Of a stretch of DNA of 64,000 nt, positions 1 to 12,075 are shown in pieces. The notes under the pieces are model-generated. The model saw nothing but the letters and a program-made list of their open reading frames with translations, did not search any database and was not told the DNA's origin. Position numbers and translations under genes: made by a program. This stretch comes from Octopus vulgaris (Eukaryota). The first letter of the stretch is position 1; every line of letters starts with the position of its first letter. The stretch covers positions 59,892,001 to 59,956,000 of the forward strand of contig OX597817.1 of NCBI GenBank assembly GCA_951406725.2, written 5' to 3'.

Positions 1-336
1 AAGACACTTGCCCAAGGTGCCACGCAGTGGGACTGAACCCGGAACCATGTGGTTGGTAAACAAGCTACTTACCACACAGCCACTCCTGCATGTGTCAAAA
101 CTTGAAAATGTGTGTGTGTGCATGTGTACGCATGTGTATATAAACTCGCATTTGTATGTGTATAAAAAAAAGTATGTATATTTGTGTGTGTGTGCATGTG
201 TACAAACTCACAAAGGTGTATGTGTGTGTATGCACAAAAGGTGTTGCTCCTTTCACCATCTGTGATGGCTATTCAGCTAGTTACATTTATCCCTTCGTAG
301 TTAAAAGATTAAATCACAATCAAAAATGGAAATTAT

Positions 337-770
337 AATTGTGGCCAATGCCAGTGTCACCTGACTGGTTCTCATACTGGTGGCATGCAATAGGCACCAT
401 TCATGTGTGGGTCATTGCCAGTGCCGCCTGACTGGCTCCTCATGCCGGTGGCATGTAAAAAGCACCATCCAAATGTGGTCAATGCCAGACCCCTCGCCCT
501 GACTGGCTCCTGTGCTGGTAGCACGTAGAAGGCACCATCTGAATGTAGCTATTGCCAGTGCTGCTTGACTGGCTCCTCATGCCGGTGGCATGTAAAAGGT
601 ACCTGCTACACTCTTGGAGTGGTTGGCATTAGGAAGGGCATCCAGCTGTTGAAACATTGCCAGATCGGATTGGAGCCTGGTGCGGCCTCCTGGCTTGCCA
701 GTCTCCAGTCAAACCGTCCAACCCATGCCAGCATGGAAAGCAAACATTAAACGATGATGATGATGATGAC
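337..770 (+). mobile_element. Non-autonomous / truncated RTE 3'-UTR-derived repeat (representative copy)
   Basis: Internal repeats ending GTAAAAAGCACC, then GGAAGGGCATCCAG..CCAACCCATGCCAGCATGG..TTAAACGATGATG; copies at about 12950-13285, 17560-18050(-), 33838-34090(-), 38812-39245(-), 48952-49290(-), 49445-49850. Confidence 0.8.
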
Positions 771-1689
771 AAGGCAGTGGTATTTGTTGTTATATTTTTG
801 ATTCAGAGGAAGAAATGTGTGTGTGTGTGTGATGGTCTGTCCCACTGAGAATGATATACAAGCTTCCAGTTTGATCAGCAAAATTGTCTACTCATCATGC
901 TCAGGTGGATTGCAACTGTGCCTCCCCTTGACATATTTCTCTTTGATGTGAATCTGAATAACAAAGTCTAGTGGATGGCAAGTAATGGATGCTGTACATG
1001 ATACATCACCATTTAATGTCTGTGTTCCTTTCTGGTATGGACTGGACACTTTGACCAGGATCTGACAGTTCCAAGCATGACATTGTCCTCTAGTTTCTGC
1101 TTTCGTTGGATGCCCTTCCTAATCTCACCAATCACTTTTCGGTGCTTTTTTTCATGGTACCATTGAGGTCATCATGCAGCTCACATGACGAAAACCCAAG
1201 GCAGGACGGGCAGTTTAGTAAAGTATTATGGGATGGAAGTAGGGGCGACTGGGGTCTTGTAGAGGGGCTACACAGCTGTTCACAGGGATGAGAATGATAC
1301 ATTCCTAATTTATTAAAAAGTTCCTCATCTTGGACTGATAGAAAACAAAGATTTGGTAAATCTTAGCAACTGTGAATGAGAAAGGGAGATAAATCCAGAA
1401 ATGGTGAACTTTTTTTACATGTATTTGGATTAGTGAAGACTTTGCCTTTTCTCTTTTGACACTTATTTTCATCTAAAATAAGACAATCTGACTGACAGAC
1501 AAATTTCCATTCACTAATATGTTATAGAACCACTGCACTGAGTCTTCTACCTGCGCATATGGCCTAATTTGACAGCTACACTGTTTCGATACTCAACATT
1601 CTTCAGCTAGATTTTTTTTCATTCAGTTGATGTCTACAGACATAATGTCTGTTTCTCAGCTTTTGACTTTTGCAATTCTTCTCTTCCAG

Positions 1690-1788
1690 TGCCTCCATTA
1701 AAAGTGTCTGCTGGCACCAACAAACGTCTGCAACTTCCCAAGAATGAAATTATTCTTACCGCATATGTTATGGATGAGCCATTAGAAG
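1690..1788 (+). CDS. KIAA0319L: KIAA0319-like (AAVR) coding exon, PKD1 part 1
   Basis: ttccag acceptor / gtaaat donor, phase 1-1; PPLKVSAGTNKRLQLPKNEIILTAYVMDEPLEG resembles recalled human VSAGESVQITLPKNEVQLNAYVLQEP. Confidence 0.9.
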
Positions 1789-2779
1789 GTAAATCAGATT
1801 TCAATTTTTCCTTGTTTGTATTTTTTCTTTTTAAATTAATGTTTTCACAGGTGCAGGCTGGCTGTGTGCTTGAGAAGTTCGCTTCCCTGTCATGTAGTTT
1901 TGGGTTCAGCCCCACTGCACAGCACCTTAGGCAGCTGTCTTCTACTATACCCCTGGGCCAACCAGTACATTGTGAGTGAAAGAAGCAGTGTGTTTATTGT
2001 AGTTAAATGTCACTATCATACAAGCAGCGTCCATTCATTTGCAATCTGCTGTGAAAACCTGTCCAGTTCTTTGGTTTTTCATGTTTGAAGGACTCGAGGG
2101 AAATGTTGCCTTGCTTGGAAGCATGGAGAGGATGGTAACAAGGAAAACATACAGCTGTATAAAATATACTTCAATAAATTTCACCTGACTTCTTGTGCAA
2201 GCACGGAAAAGAGGACATTCAAAGCAACCTTTTATTTGATTCCAACCATGCTGGGACACTGCCTTGAATGAAAATATTTTTCATTGTCTGCTAGGATTGG
2301 AATCCAGATCTACTGTAAATCCTGCAGCTGTGGTCACCATTTAGTCAAACGGCTATTTTTTTCATGGATGATGTTTCTTGTATGGTTCCGGAATGTCAGC
2401 CACAGCGTTTTTCTTCATGTTGTTCAATTTTCGAAGTTTGGATCCTGTGTATTCTGTTCTCTTCTCTAAAGACCCAGCTGGGCTGGTGGCTTGTGTCGGT
2501 TGGCCTCATGGTTACAGTGGAGATAGGGACTGACTGGGACACTGCACCAGGGGTTGCTCAGGACAACCCAAGCAGATACCCAAGAAATGGTGAATGTAGC
2601 AATGCACTGCAATGGCACATGCTTGATGCTTTCATCAAAATCCAATTTTATTTTCATGGTTTTAGTCAAACGACAACAGGATGTGCTTTCCTTGCATACA
2701 TCATGGCTATTAATGATGTATACGAGTGTTTTATATCTTGCTTAGCTGAATATACTTGCTGTATACAATAGGATATATA

Positions 2780-3070
2780 CACAAGTGTATATAGAAACTC
2801 AGTCAAGCCTGAACTGGCTTTACAGCTTGCTCCACCAAATCGTAAACAAATTTGCAATATCTTTCCATGCATAAAATTTTGAACGAATGAAAAAAAGAGA
2901 AGAATGAAATGCCATGGAAGAAGTTTGCATATTTCTTTGTTGTTGACATTCGTTTATGTTTTCGGTAAAGAATGGGCTGCATTGTAGGTGCGCGCCTGTA
3001 AAGGTGTGGCTTGGACTATGTCACTGTGAAGTTACTAAAATAGTTTAGTTATATATTATGTAACTGTGAA
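2780..3070 (-). mobile_element. Possible decayed Penelope-like GIY-YIG endonuclease relic
   Basis: Minus-strand peptides YRKHKRMSTTKKYAN and GKILQICLRF..GLTEFLYTL loosely resemble PLE endonuclease C-termini (Y.NHK.SF...KY.N; WKIL...C.LCL.EK..I); frames broken. Confidence 0.3.
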
Positions 3071-3196
3071 CTTAGCCACCAGACTGAATAAGAATCTGTT
3101 AAAATATCTTGGATGAATGCTACAGTTAGTTTGCCTTTTCCTATTTACATTAAGTATGATATATGGATGACTATTTTAATCTAATATTGCTTTTGT

Positions 3197-3252
<56 letters not shown>

Positions 3253-3271
3253 CTTGCTTTTCTAATTGCAG

Positions 3272-3375
3272 GAAAGGAGTTCCATTACAAATGGTCAATG
3301 ATAACATTCCCTAAAGGTGCTGAGAAACAAGGGTCAATGACTGGACCAGACAGTAAGACATTTATTCTCAAAGAT
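3272..3375 (+). CDS. KIAA0319L: KIAA0319-like coding exon, PKD1 part 2
   Basis: ttgcag / gtaagt, phase 1-0; KEFHYKWSMITFPKGAEKQGSMTGPDSKTFILKD. Confidence 0.9.
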
Positions 3376-5458
3376 GTAAGTGGATTGCCAATTTACTCTC
3401 CCTCTCTTTGTCTTTCTCTCCCTTTCTTTCTCTCTCTCTTTCTCTCCCTCTCTCATTGTATGAATTAATTGACTGACAAGGGACTAAGAATTATGTAACC
3501 AACATCATTAACATCGCAGTTTGTTTCTGCAGTGTACTCAGATTTTAAAAGCTCTGAAGAAGCTATCGGATGTTGCCCAAGCTCTCAGCTCTGAGAGCAT
3601 TGCTTCTTTTAGCAGAAACATCTGTAAGCCAATGAAGCTGATTATGTATTTTCAGTTCTTGTCATTCAATCAATTTATATTATGCTCTCTACTTTACTCT
3701 AAAGCATATCTTTATTGAGTCCTAACATCAGGTTGTCTCACTATGTCTATGCAAAATCATCACAAATATGCACACAAGAATTGGTAATTCTGAAACATGG
3801 TATTGATTTTTTTTTTAATATTCCATGTTGAGGATCTTTCAGCCCCACCCGACTTATTATTCTCTACATACACGGAAGATATTAATGTGACTGATTTTGC
3901 ATCTCAAACATCTGAAATCAGTGTCTGCGAGAAAATCCTGGTCGGAGACAATATGCAAAAAGATTGGGTTCCATTTGCTCTCAATATTTCTCATTTCTTT
4001 TGGTTAGTGTTTTTTAGGAGCAGAGGCACGGCTGTGTGCTTAAGAAATTTACTCTTCAACCACATAGATTTTGGTTCAGTGCCACTGTGTGGCACCTTGG
4101 GCAAGTGCCATCTTCTATAGCTCCAGGCTGACCAAAGCCTTGTGAGTGGATTTGGCAGACAGAAATGAAAATAAATCTGTCCTATATATCTTCCTCATCA
4201 TCTTCTTCCATTTTAACATCCATTTTCTGTGCTGCTATGCATTGGATGGCTTGACAGGACCCAACAAGCCACAGGGCTGCACCATGTCCCTTTGTCTGCA
4301 CTGGCATCATCTCTATAGCTGGATGACCTTCCTAATGCTAGCAGTTGGACTGGTGGGGGGAAGCTTGTTTTCATGCCACCAGCACTAGTGAGATTGCCGA
4401 CTAACTGGGAAGACAGGAAAACACCCCGCCTAAACAGCGTGTGCCTGGGGGAGTTGGTTTTACACTAGGTGTTGGTGGTGGTTAAAGTTTGGAAGGAGGG
4501 ACAAGTCCAGATGTGTTACTATGGTGAATATAAATATTTGCCCCACATTATATAAGAGTGGATGGGACTAGCTAGGAAGTAAGAAGAGATGGTTGTTATG
4601 GTGAGCCAGTGCAAACCCTCTAGGAGCCAGAAAAGATATGGATGAGGAGGAGAAAGAAGGGGGAGAGTGACAACAGATGGTTAGAGATAGGGGTTAGAAG
4701 TGAAGGCGGTGACAAACGAGTGGGAGTGCAGCTTGGTGGGAAGTAGCAGTATTGAGAGAAGGGGTAAGGGGAGAGATAAAAAGGCTGAAGGATAACAGAT
4801 CAGGAAGTAGGGGACAATGATCAAGGAGTGGAAGGGAGGGAGACATGATGGTGGTATGTAAGTGTGGCCATGGTTAGTGGACATGGTAGCTGATGGAGGA
4901 GGGCATTGGGAATGAAAGCAGATATGAGATGGAGAGTCACTGGAGGGAGAGATAGGAGGGAATTGGTGAACATGGGAAAGGATGAGGATGGAAATGCAGG
5001 CTGGAGGCAGTGACTGGTAACGCAAAGAGTTAGGGGATGTGATGGTATGTGTGCCAAGGGGGGGAGGATGGGGGAAAGAGTGATGTGGGGAATGTTTGAT
5101 GGAGCAGAATGAGCATAGGAACAGGGCCTAGCATGCACCCATAGACAATGCTTTTAGGACATGCGTGCGTGTGTGTGTGTTTGTATCTCCTTGTTGTGAC
5201 TTTCTGTAATAACTGTAAATTCATTCATTTCCAATATTCTGTGGAATCATCTGTGGCCAGGGAGAAATGTTACTTTGCTTGGAAGCAAGGGAGGGTTGGC
5301 CACAGAAAGGGCATTTGGCCATAGAAAATCCGCCTCACTAGTTTCTTCTTCTTCACTTTTTAACCTTGAAGAAAAGAAATATGTGCATTTTTTTGTCTTT
5401 TTTTTGTATGTAGTGTATTATGATTGTTTAATTACTAACTTATTATTTTAATATTTAG

Positions 5459-5546
5459 CTTGTTGCTGGTCTTTACACCTTGAAACTTGAAGTCACTGGA
5501 AACAACCGAGCTGGTGAAGCCTATGTCAATGTAACTGTTATCCCAC
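5459..5546 (+). CDS. KIAA0319L: KIAA0319-like coding exon, PKD1 part 3
   Basis: atttag / gtaagt, phase 0-1; LVAGLYTLKLEVTGNNRAGEAYVNVTVIP (GLY..GE.YVNVTV motif); not in the ORF track. Confidence 0.92.
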
Positions 5547-6258
5547 GTAAGTAATGAAAATAACCACCTGCATTGTGTTGTGTTGCTCTCATTAGACGGA
5601 ATGGTCAGAAATGGTTAAGAAGCTTTCTTGACAATCGCAAGGTCCTACTTCTTGGCATTTTGAGCAAATGTCTTTTACTGTAGCTTCACATCAAGACAAG
5701 CCTTCTGAGTGAAATTGGGTTGATTGAAACTGTAGGGAAGCCCATCAAACAAATCATATTTGTAATTCAATCCTTTAGCATTCAGGGGCATTTTGTCTGT
5801 TTTTACATTCTGAGTTCAAATCCCACCAATGTCGACTTTGTCTTTCATCCTTCCAGGGTTGATGGAATCAACTAGACTCTCCTCCACTAAAATTTCAGGC
5901 TTTATCCCTTATCACAGAAAAGACTTTAATTATTATCAAGGCTATTAATTGCTATATTAATTAGCAGGGATTTTATCTTGAGGTTTGGTGACAACAATTC
6001 TCCTCAAATCTCAAGAATCTTTCTTAGGATTCTCAAAGAATATGGAATGGTACTTTTCTGCAGGTTGACATTGTGAGTCTCAGTTCCAATAGTTTTCAGT
6101 CTTTTTGGTAACATTTTCAGTGTTGTGCCAAGAGCATTCTTTACCACAGGAAGGAACTTTTGACATTTTTGTCTTCCACAATTTCTTCTTCTCTTTGATT
6201 AGTCCCAGATATTTCTCAATTTTCTCTAAATATTATCATTATTATTATTATTATTTAG

Positions 6259-6348
6259 CAAAGAGGATTAATAAACCCCCAGTCGCTATAATTAAACCAA
6301 CATCTCTCCAGATCAAGTTACCTACATCTGCTATCCTTGACGGCTCAG
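6259..6348 (+). CDS. KIAA0319L: KIAA0319-like coding exon, PKD2 part 1
   Basis: atttag / gtgagt, phase 1-1; KRINKPPVAIIKPTSLQIKLPTSAILDGS. Confidence 0.92.
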
Positions 6349-6533
6349 GTGAGTAGACAGGCAGACACCACTGTCTTATGTAGATTTCTATGTATGTGTA
6401 TCTGTGTATCTGTGTGTGTGTGCATGCATGTATGTGTGTCTATGTGTAGGTTTTTTTTTTACATTTTATTCAGCTATAATATGTATTGAATAAATACTAA
6501 TGCTAAGTACTAATACTACTAATTCTGTGTGTC

Positions 6534-6565
<32 letters not shown>

Positions 6566-8144
6566 GCTGACTGCTTGTATTTTCTCATATATTTGTGTGT
6601 GTGTATATATATATCTTTCATTTATTCATTTAAATGTACAGAGTTCACAGGAAATGGTACAGCATCATGGTGCTGTTAAACTGGGTGGTTTGTTAAATGT
6701 CTCACCTGAAAATGTGGACAAAGAAAACATGAATAATGTCTTTGTGGATTTTCATGCTTCTTCCTCTATGTCTAAAAATTATTGAATAAAAGCCTTTTAT
6801 ATTGTTGTTCAGTCACATATGGCATAAACCCACCTGATGGCACTTGCTTGTAGCGAATCTCAACACCTCCTCCTCTTGAAGACGCTTAAATGATGTTAGT
6901 GTTCTGTTTAAATCTGTGCCCTGACACAGCTTCACCATCTTCTCTTTCTCATACTGAGGTAGCCATGTATCTCCTGCACAGCAAAAGACCTGTCTCAGTC
7001 CGGCTATCATACTCTAACCCCTCATCACCTGTCATCTCCCTTAGTATGACACCACCTTCAGTTGAGGGGTCTTGTCATGGTGTTAGGAAGGACATCATCC
7101 AGCTGTGGAAATCCTGGCAAAATGAATGTTGGAGCTTGGTGCAGTCCTCTAACTCCCAAGCTCCTGTCAAACTGTCCAACCCATGCCAGTATGGAAAACG
7201 GACATTAAATGACAATGGTAGGAAATTAAAAAACTAAAAGTTGGTTCATATATTCAGTGAAAAACAAAAAATTAAACATTTAGCTAATGACTAATGTTAC
7301 TTTCAATTGGAATTATGGAAGATAACTCAAGACATTTCAGGATTTATATGGGGTTCTTCAGCAGAAATGTTTTATTTACTGAATATACAGAATTTGTTGT
7401 TGTGGAGAGAAAGGTATATAATTGTCTGTCTCTGGAACTGATGAATCCTTCAATACTTTTCCTGATCACATTTCAGTTTGTTTAAACTGAAAAACCAATC
7501 TTCTCAATTTGACATCAACTCAACATAAACCACATCAATCAAAACTAGTCTGGGAAGCATCAAAGCTACTTCTCCTCCTCTCACTTACATTCCATGCCAC
7601 TACACTCCCATGCTTGCACACCTCCACACACCCCAAGAAACCACATGCACCCTATACCACCATACCCCTGCCGATCTCTATTCACAGAATCCAGTCTCGT
7701 CTGGATTTAACAGTCTCTATCTTAGTCGTCCACCGTTCATTCTTATGATGACATGTACACACCACCCTACCTCTTCCTTCCTTTTTAACCCTTACAGCTA
7801 CATTCCCACCTAGCCCCTAACCTTTCTTTCCAAGCACTTTTTCTCGTTCTTTCCTCATACATTCGTTTTTTTCCTGAAGAACTAATCTCTGAAACATGGA
7901 GACAGTTTCCCTCATTAAGTGTTAAACATCATTGGTTATAAGGTTTCCCTTCCATGTTGTCTTCTTCAAGGCAGTGCCCCAGCACGGCCGCAGTCCAATA
8001 ATTGAAACAAGTAAAAGGTAAAAGACCATTGTCTTTGCTCTGGGGATAGAATTTCATTTGCCCTGCAAAGGTTTGTCATGTGAATGCTTGTCCCCTGCTC
8101 CAATTGCTGTTACTAACGGCACTTTCTTGCTTCCATATTTGCAG

Positions 8145-8277
8145 ACAGCACAGATGACATGAAAGTCGTCAAGTATAAATGGGAAGAGGTTAGTGGTCCC
8201 ATCAATGACCGACCCATCGAAAGTAATGCATCCATGTTGAAACTCAATCATCTGGAACCAGGGAAATATCAGTTTAA
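8145..8277 (+). CDS. KIAA0319L: KIAA0319-like coding exon, PKD2 part 2
   Basis: TACTAAC branch point at 8111, ttgcag / gtaagt, phase 1-2; DSTDDMKVVKYKWEEVSGPINDRPIESNASMLKLNHLEPGKYQF. Confidence 0.92.
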
Positions 8278-9548
8278 GTAAGTAAATTCCATCTCGTCTT
8301 CATTTTTTTCCATGTTAAATGGAAATAAGTCATTTTTCACTTTGATTTTCTCTTCATCTTTCATGTTTTGAATGCATTTAATACTTGTGTTTTGAGTTGT
8401 TATGTAAGATAACCATTACATAATAATATTACCCTCATCAGTCAACATTTTAAAATATAAAGATATATAAAAATCTGGCCTGTATTTAGTAGTTGTCTGG
8501 ATAGTCTTAGAAACCCACCAAAGTACAAAGAAGGTGGGGGGAGATAGGTTGAGAAAGGTGTGTGTAAGAGGTAGGGGAAATATGAGTAAATAAATATATT
8601 ATTAAACAGGCAATAAAGCCTAATTGCAGAGATGAAATAAAAAGAACGCAGAAAAAGAAAAAAGAAAGAACAGTAACTGATAAACATTAGACACCAAGTG
8701 ATAGACAAAAAATATAGACAGGAGGGTGCCAAATATAACATCTAATTACTCATAAAATAACTGAAAAAAAAATGAAGGAGTTTCAGCCATTTCTAATGGA
8801 TCATAGCATCTTTGACAATTCTTTTTGTGCCTTATAATTTAACACACTCGGCAGTAAAATTTCCACTTATTTTTATTTTCCTAAAATTTTTGTTGTGTCT
8901 TGCAACCTTTTCAAAATCCAAAAATGAAATCTCTGACAATGTTTGTAGTATCATTGACTTTCTATAGAACAGATGTAAACACACCCACACACACATTTGC
9001 ATATATATATATATATAGTCCACTGCTGAGTGGTTGGTGTTAGGAAGGGCATCCAGCAGTAAAAATCCTGTCAAGACAGTCACGGAATTCTGGTGCAGGC
9101 TTCTGCGCCTGGCTGGCTCTTGTCAAACCATCCCACCCATGTTAGCATGGAAGGCGGATATTAAACAGTGATGATGATGAAATACATAAGCATATATACA
9201 TGTATATTCTCACATATATGTACAAACACATACAACTGTGCATATACACACATACAAGCTAAGAAGAATAGTAGTGATGGGGTCTCTGGAACAATTGCTT
9301 GATACAGTAGAAACTTTTGTATCATTCAAACATACTGGAAATGTTACCATTAACCATTCTGGCCTGAGGATTGCCCTAAGCATGAAACTTTTGAGAAATT
9401 AGTTGTGAAGTGACTGGACCTAACGACATAGAATATTTACTGTCCTTTACTCTACCACATTTGAGGAATGTGTGTTTTTAAGTATAAATATGTATTTTTG
9501 TATACATAGATACATACACACGTTTATAAAATTCATTTTTATTTTCAG

Positions 9549-9613
9549 GTTAACCGTGACTGATTCTGATGGTGCCACAAATTCCACTTTAGCTAATGTT
9601 ACCGCTATTAAAG
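9549..9613 (+). CDS. KIAA0319L: KIAA0319-like coding exon, PKD2 part 3
   Basis: tttcag / gtttgt, phase 2-1; LTVTDSDGATNSTLANVTAIK, nearly identical to recalled vertebrate LTVVDSDGATNSTTANLTV. Confidence 0.93.
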
Positions 9614-9876
9614 GTTTGTATATTTCCATTTCTTTTACAAATTATACACAAGGCTGTTGAGTTTCATTTCCTGAATATTAAAATAATGCTTTACATGAGC
9701 CAACCAGTTTTTTTATAAGTTTGTATTTGTAAAACTAAACTGAAGTAAACCAGAACACAAAACATCTGGAGGCCCCCAACTCTTACCTGCATTCCAAGCA
9801 AGGTATTTTTGTTTCATTCCACTGGTATTCATATGTCAAAGCTTAAACTGTTTATTGGAGATTATAAACAAAGAAA

Positions 9877-10272
9877 GGCGCAGGCATGGCTGTGTGGCAA
9901 GAAGCTTGCTTCCCAACCACATGGTCCCAGGTTCAATCCCACTGTATAGCACTTTGGGCAAGTATCTTCTATTATAGCCTTGGGCCAACCAAAACCTTGT
10001 GAGTGGATTTGGTAGATGGAAACTGAAAGAAGCCTGTCGTTTATGTGTATATATGTTTGTGTGTCTGTGTTTCACCCCATACCATCATTTGACAACCGAT
10101 GTTGGTGTGTTTACATCCCCGTAACTTAGCAGTTTGGCAAAAGAGATTGATAGAATAAATACTAGGCTTATAAAGAATAAGTCCTGAGGTCGATTTGTTC
10201 GGCTAAAGGTGGTGCTCCAGCATGGCCACAGTCAATTGACTGAAATGAGTAAAAGAAAATAAAAGAATAAAG
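9877..10272 (+). mobile_element. Full-length tRNA-derived SINE with CR1-like tail
   Basis: A-box-like TGGCTGTGTGG, B-box GGTTCAATCCC, body repeated many times in the window, tail GGTGCTCCAGCATGGCC..GTAAAAGA. Confidence 0.8.
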
Positions 10273-11368
10273 ATGCTGCTTTTTGCTCAGACTACATTGA
10301 GGACACGTGGAATGACATCTTCACACTCACTTAAACACACACACACACACATAACAAGCTTTTTCTCAGTTTCATTTCTTAGTCCCACTCACAAGGCATT
10401 GTTTGGCCTAAAACTACGACAGAAAACTCTTGGCCAAGGTGCCACCACATAGCAGGACTGAAAACCTCAACCAGGATCCTGTCAGAATGTCCAACTCATA
10501 CCAGCATGGAAAGCAGGTGGGAAATGATGATAATACACACAACAGATACGTGGGATGAAGTAGTGAAGGCCAAAGACAAAGGACCAAGATATCTGGTGCC
10601 TTGCTGTACTCGGGGAGACCTCTTCACCACAGCTGAATTGATATCCTAAGCCACATTGGTTAATTGCTCCCCTCCCAGCTGAAGGGGGTTTTGTCTTGCA
10701 AGTTATTTGGTGACCCTGGTGGTACTGGCACCACCTAAGAAGCACCTGTGCCGGTGCCATGTAAAAAGCACTCAATACACTGTGTAAAGCAAACCCAGTC
10801 ATAGAAATTATGCCAAGACAGATGGTTGGAATGTGGTGCAGCTCTCCAGCCTTGCCAGCTCTGGTGAAACTGTCCAACCCATGCCAGCAAGGAAAGCAGA
10901 CATTAAATAATGATGATGATGATCATTATCATTTAATGTTCATTTTCCATGCTAGCTTTGGTTGAATGGTTTGATGATCCAACATGCAATAGGGCCGTGT
11001 GTCAAGTTCCAGTGTCAGCTTTGGCATGGTTTTTGTGCTGATTGGTTGCCCTTTTTAATGCCGACCAATTCCGAGCGGATACTCAGTGCATTTTGGAGAG
11101 GAAAATAAGTAGAGAAAGGAAAAAGAGAATCCCTTGACTAAGTGTGGGGGAGAAGTATTTGAGAGGTGGGGGGTCGTTTTATGGACAGTGTTGAAAGGCT
11201 ATGTAAAGATGCTACATGGCTTGAACCCTGCATTATATAAGGGTGGTGGGTAGTAGGTGGGAAGATAGTATAGTAGTGAAAGGGTGTCCAGAGCAGACCC
11301 TCAGGGAGCAAGGAGGTGTGCATAAGAGAGGATGCAGTGGATCAAGGGGAACAGTTATAGATTATCTA

Positions 11369-11730
11369 TTACTCTTTTACTTGTTTCAGTAATTTGACTG
11401 TGGCCATACTGGAGCACCGCCTTTAGTCGAGGAAATCGACCCCAGGACTTATTCTTTGTAAACCTAGTACTTATTCTATCGTCTCTTTTGCTGAACCGCT
11501 AAGTTACGGGGACCTAAACACACCAGCATTGGTTGTCAAGCAATGTTGGGGGGACAAACACAGACACACACACACATACACACATGCATATACGACGAGC
11601 TTCTTTCAGTTTCCGTCTACCAAATGCACTCACAAGGCTTTGGTTGGCCTGAGGCTATTGTAGAAGACACTTGCCCAAGGTGCCATGTGGTTGGTAAGCA
11701 AGCTACTCACCACACAGCCACTCCTGCGCC
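11369..11730 (-). mobile_element. tRNA-derived SINE, same family, opposite orientation
   Basis: Reverse-complement homology to 9877-10272; related copies at 1-90, 62238-62550 and elsewhere. Confidence 0.8.
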
Positions 11731-11914
11731 TATTCTAAGTAATTAGTTTCTTTTTGAGAAAATTTTTTTTGTTCCTGGCTTCAGTGATTTACAACCCTTC
11801 AACGTTAATCTCTCATTTCATTGCACAATGGACTCCCACTCTCCCCATTTCATTCTCTGCCTTTTTTTTTTATCAACCAATGTTATTTGTGTTTGTTGTT
11901 TCCTTGCTCTTTAG

Positions 11915-12075
11915 AAACTGATTACCGTCCAACAGCCAACGCAGGATCTGACGTTGTCATCAACCTGCCAGAGAATTCGGTCACTCTCTATGGAAATGCC
12001 AGTACTGATGATAAAGGTATTGTCAGTTATGAGTGGACAAAATCATCAGATGACCACTTAGTGGCTGACATGATG
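11915..12075 (+). CDS. KIAA0319L: KIAA0319-like coding exon, PKD3 part 1
   Basis: ctttag / gtaaga, phase 1-0; ETDYRPTANAGSDVVINLPENSVTLYGNASTDDKGIVSYEWTKSSDDHLVADMM. Confidence 0.93.

Noticed and set aside
4440-5140. Pro/Ser/Leu-rich minus-strand ORFs in a purine-rich tract (also 34053-34600, 37150-37850)
   Set aside because: Low-complexity composition next to repeat tails; no splice or homology support
9364-9390. CTGAGGA-TTGCCCTAAGCAT-GAAAC hammerhead-like boxes (similarly 7874-7890)
   Set aside because: No convincing stem I or III; could be chance or too decayed to support
9877-9960. tRNA gene
   Set aside because: A/B-box-like motifs belong to SINE heads; no cloverleaf, and the sequence continues into the SINE body
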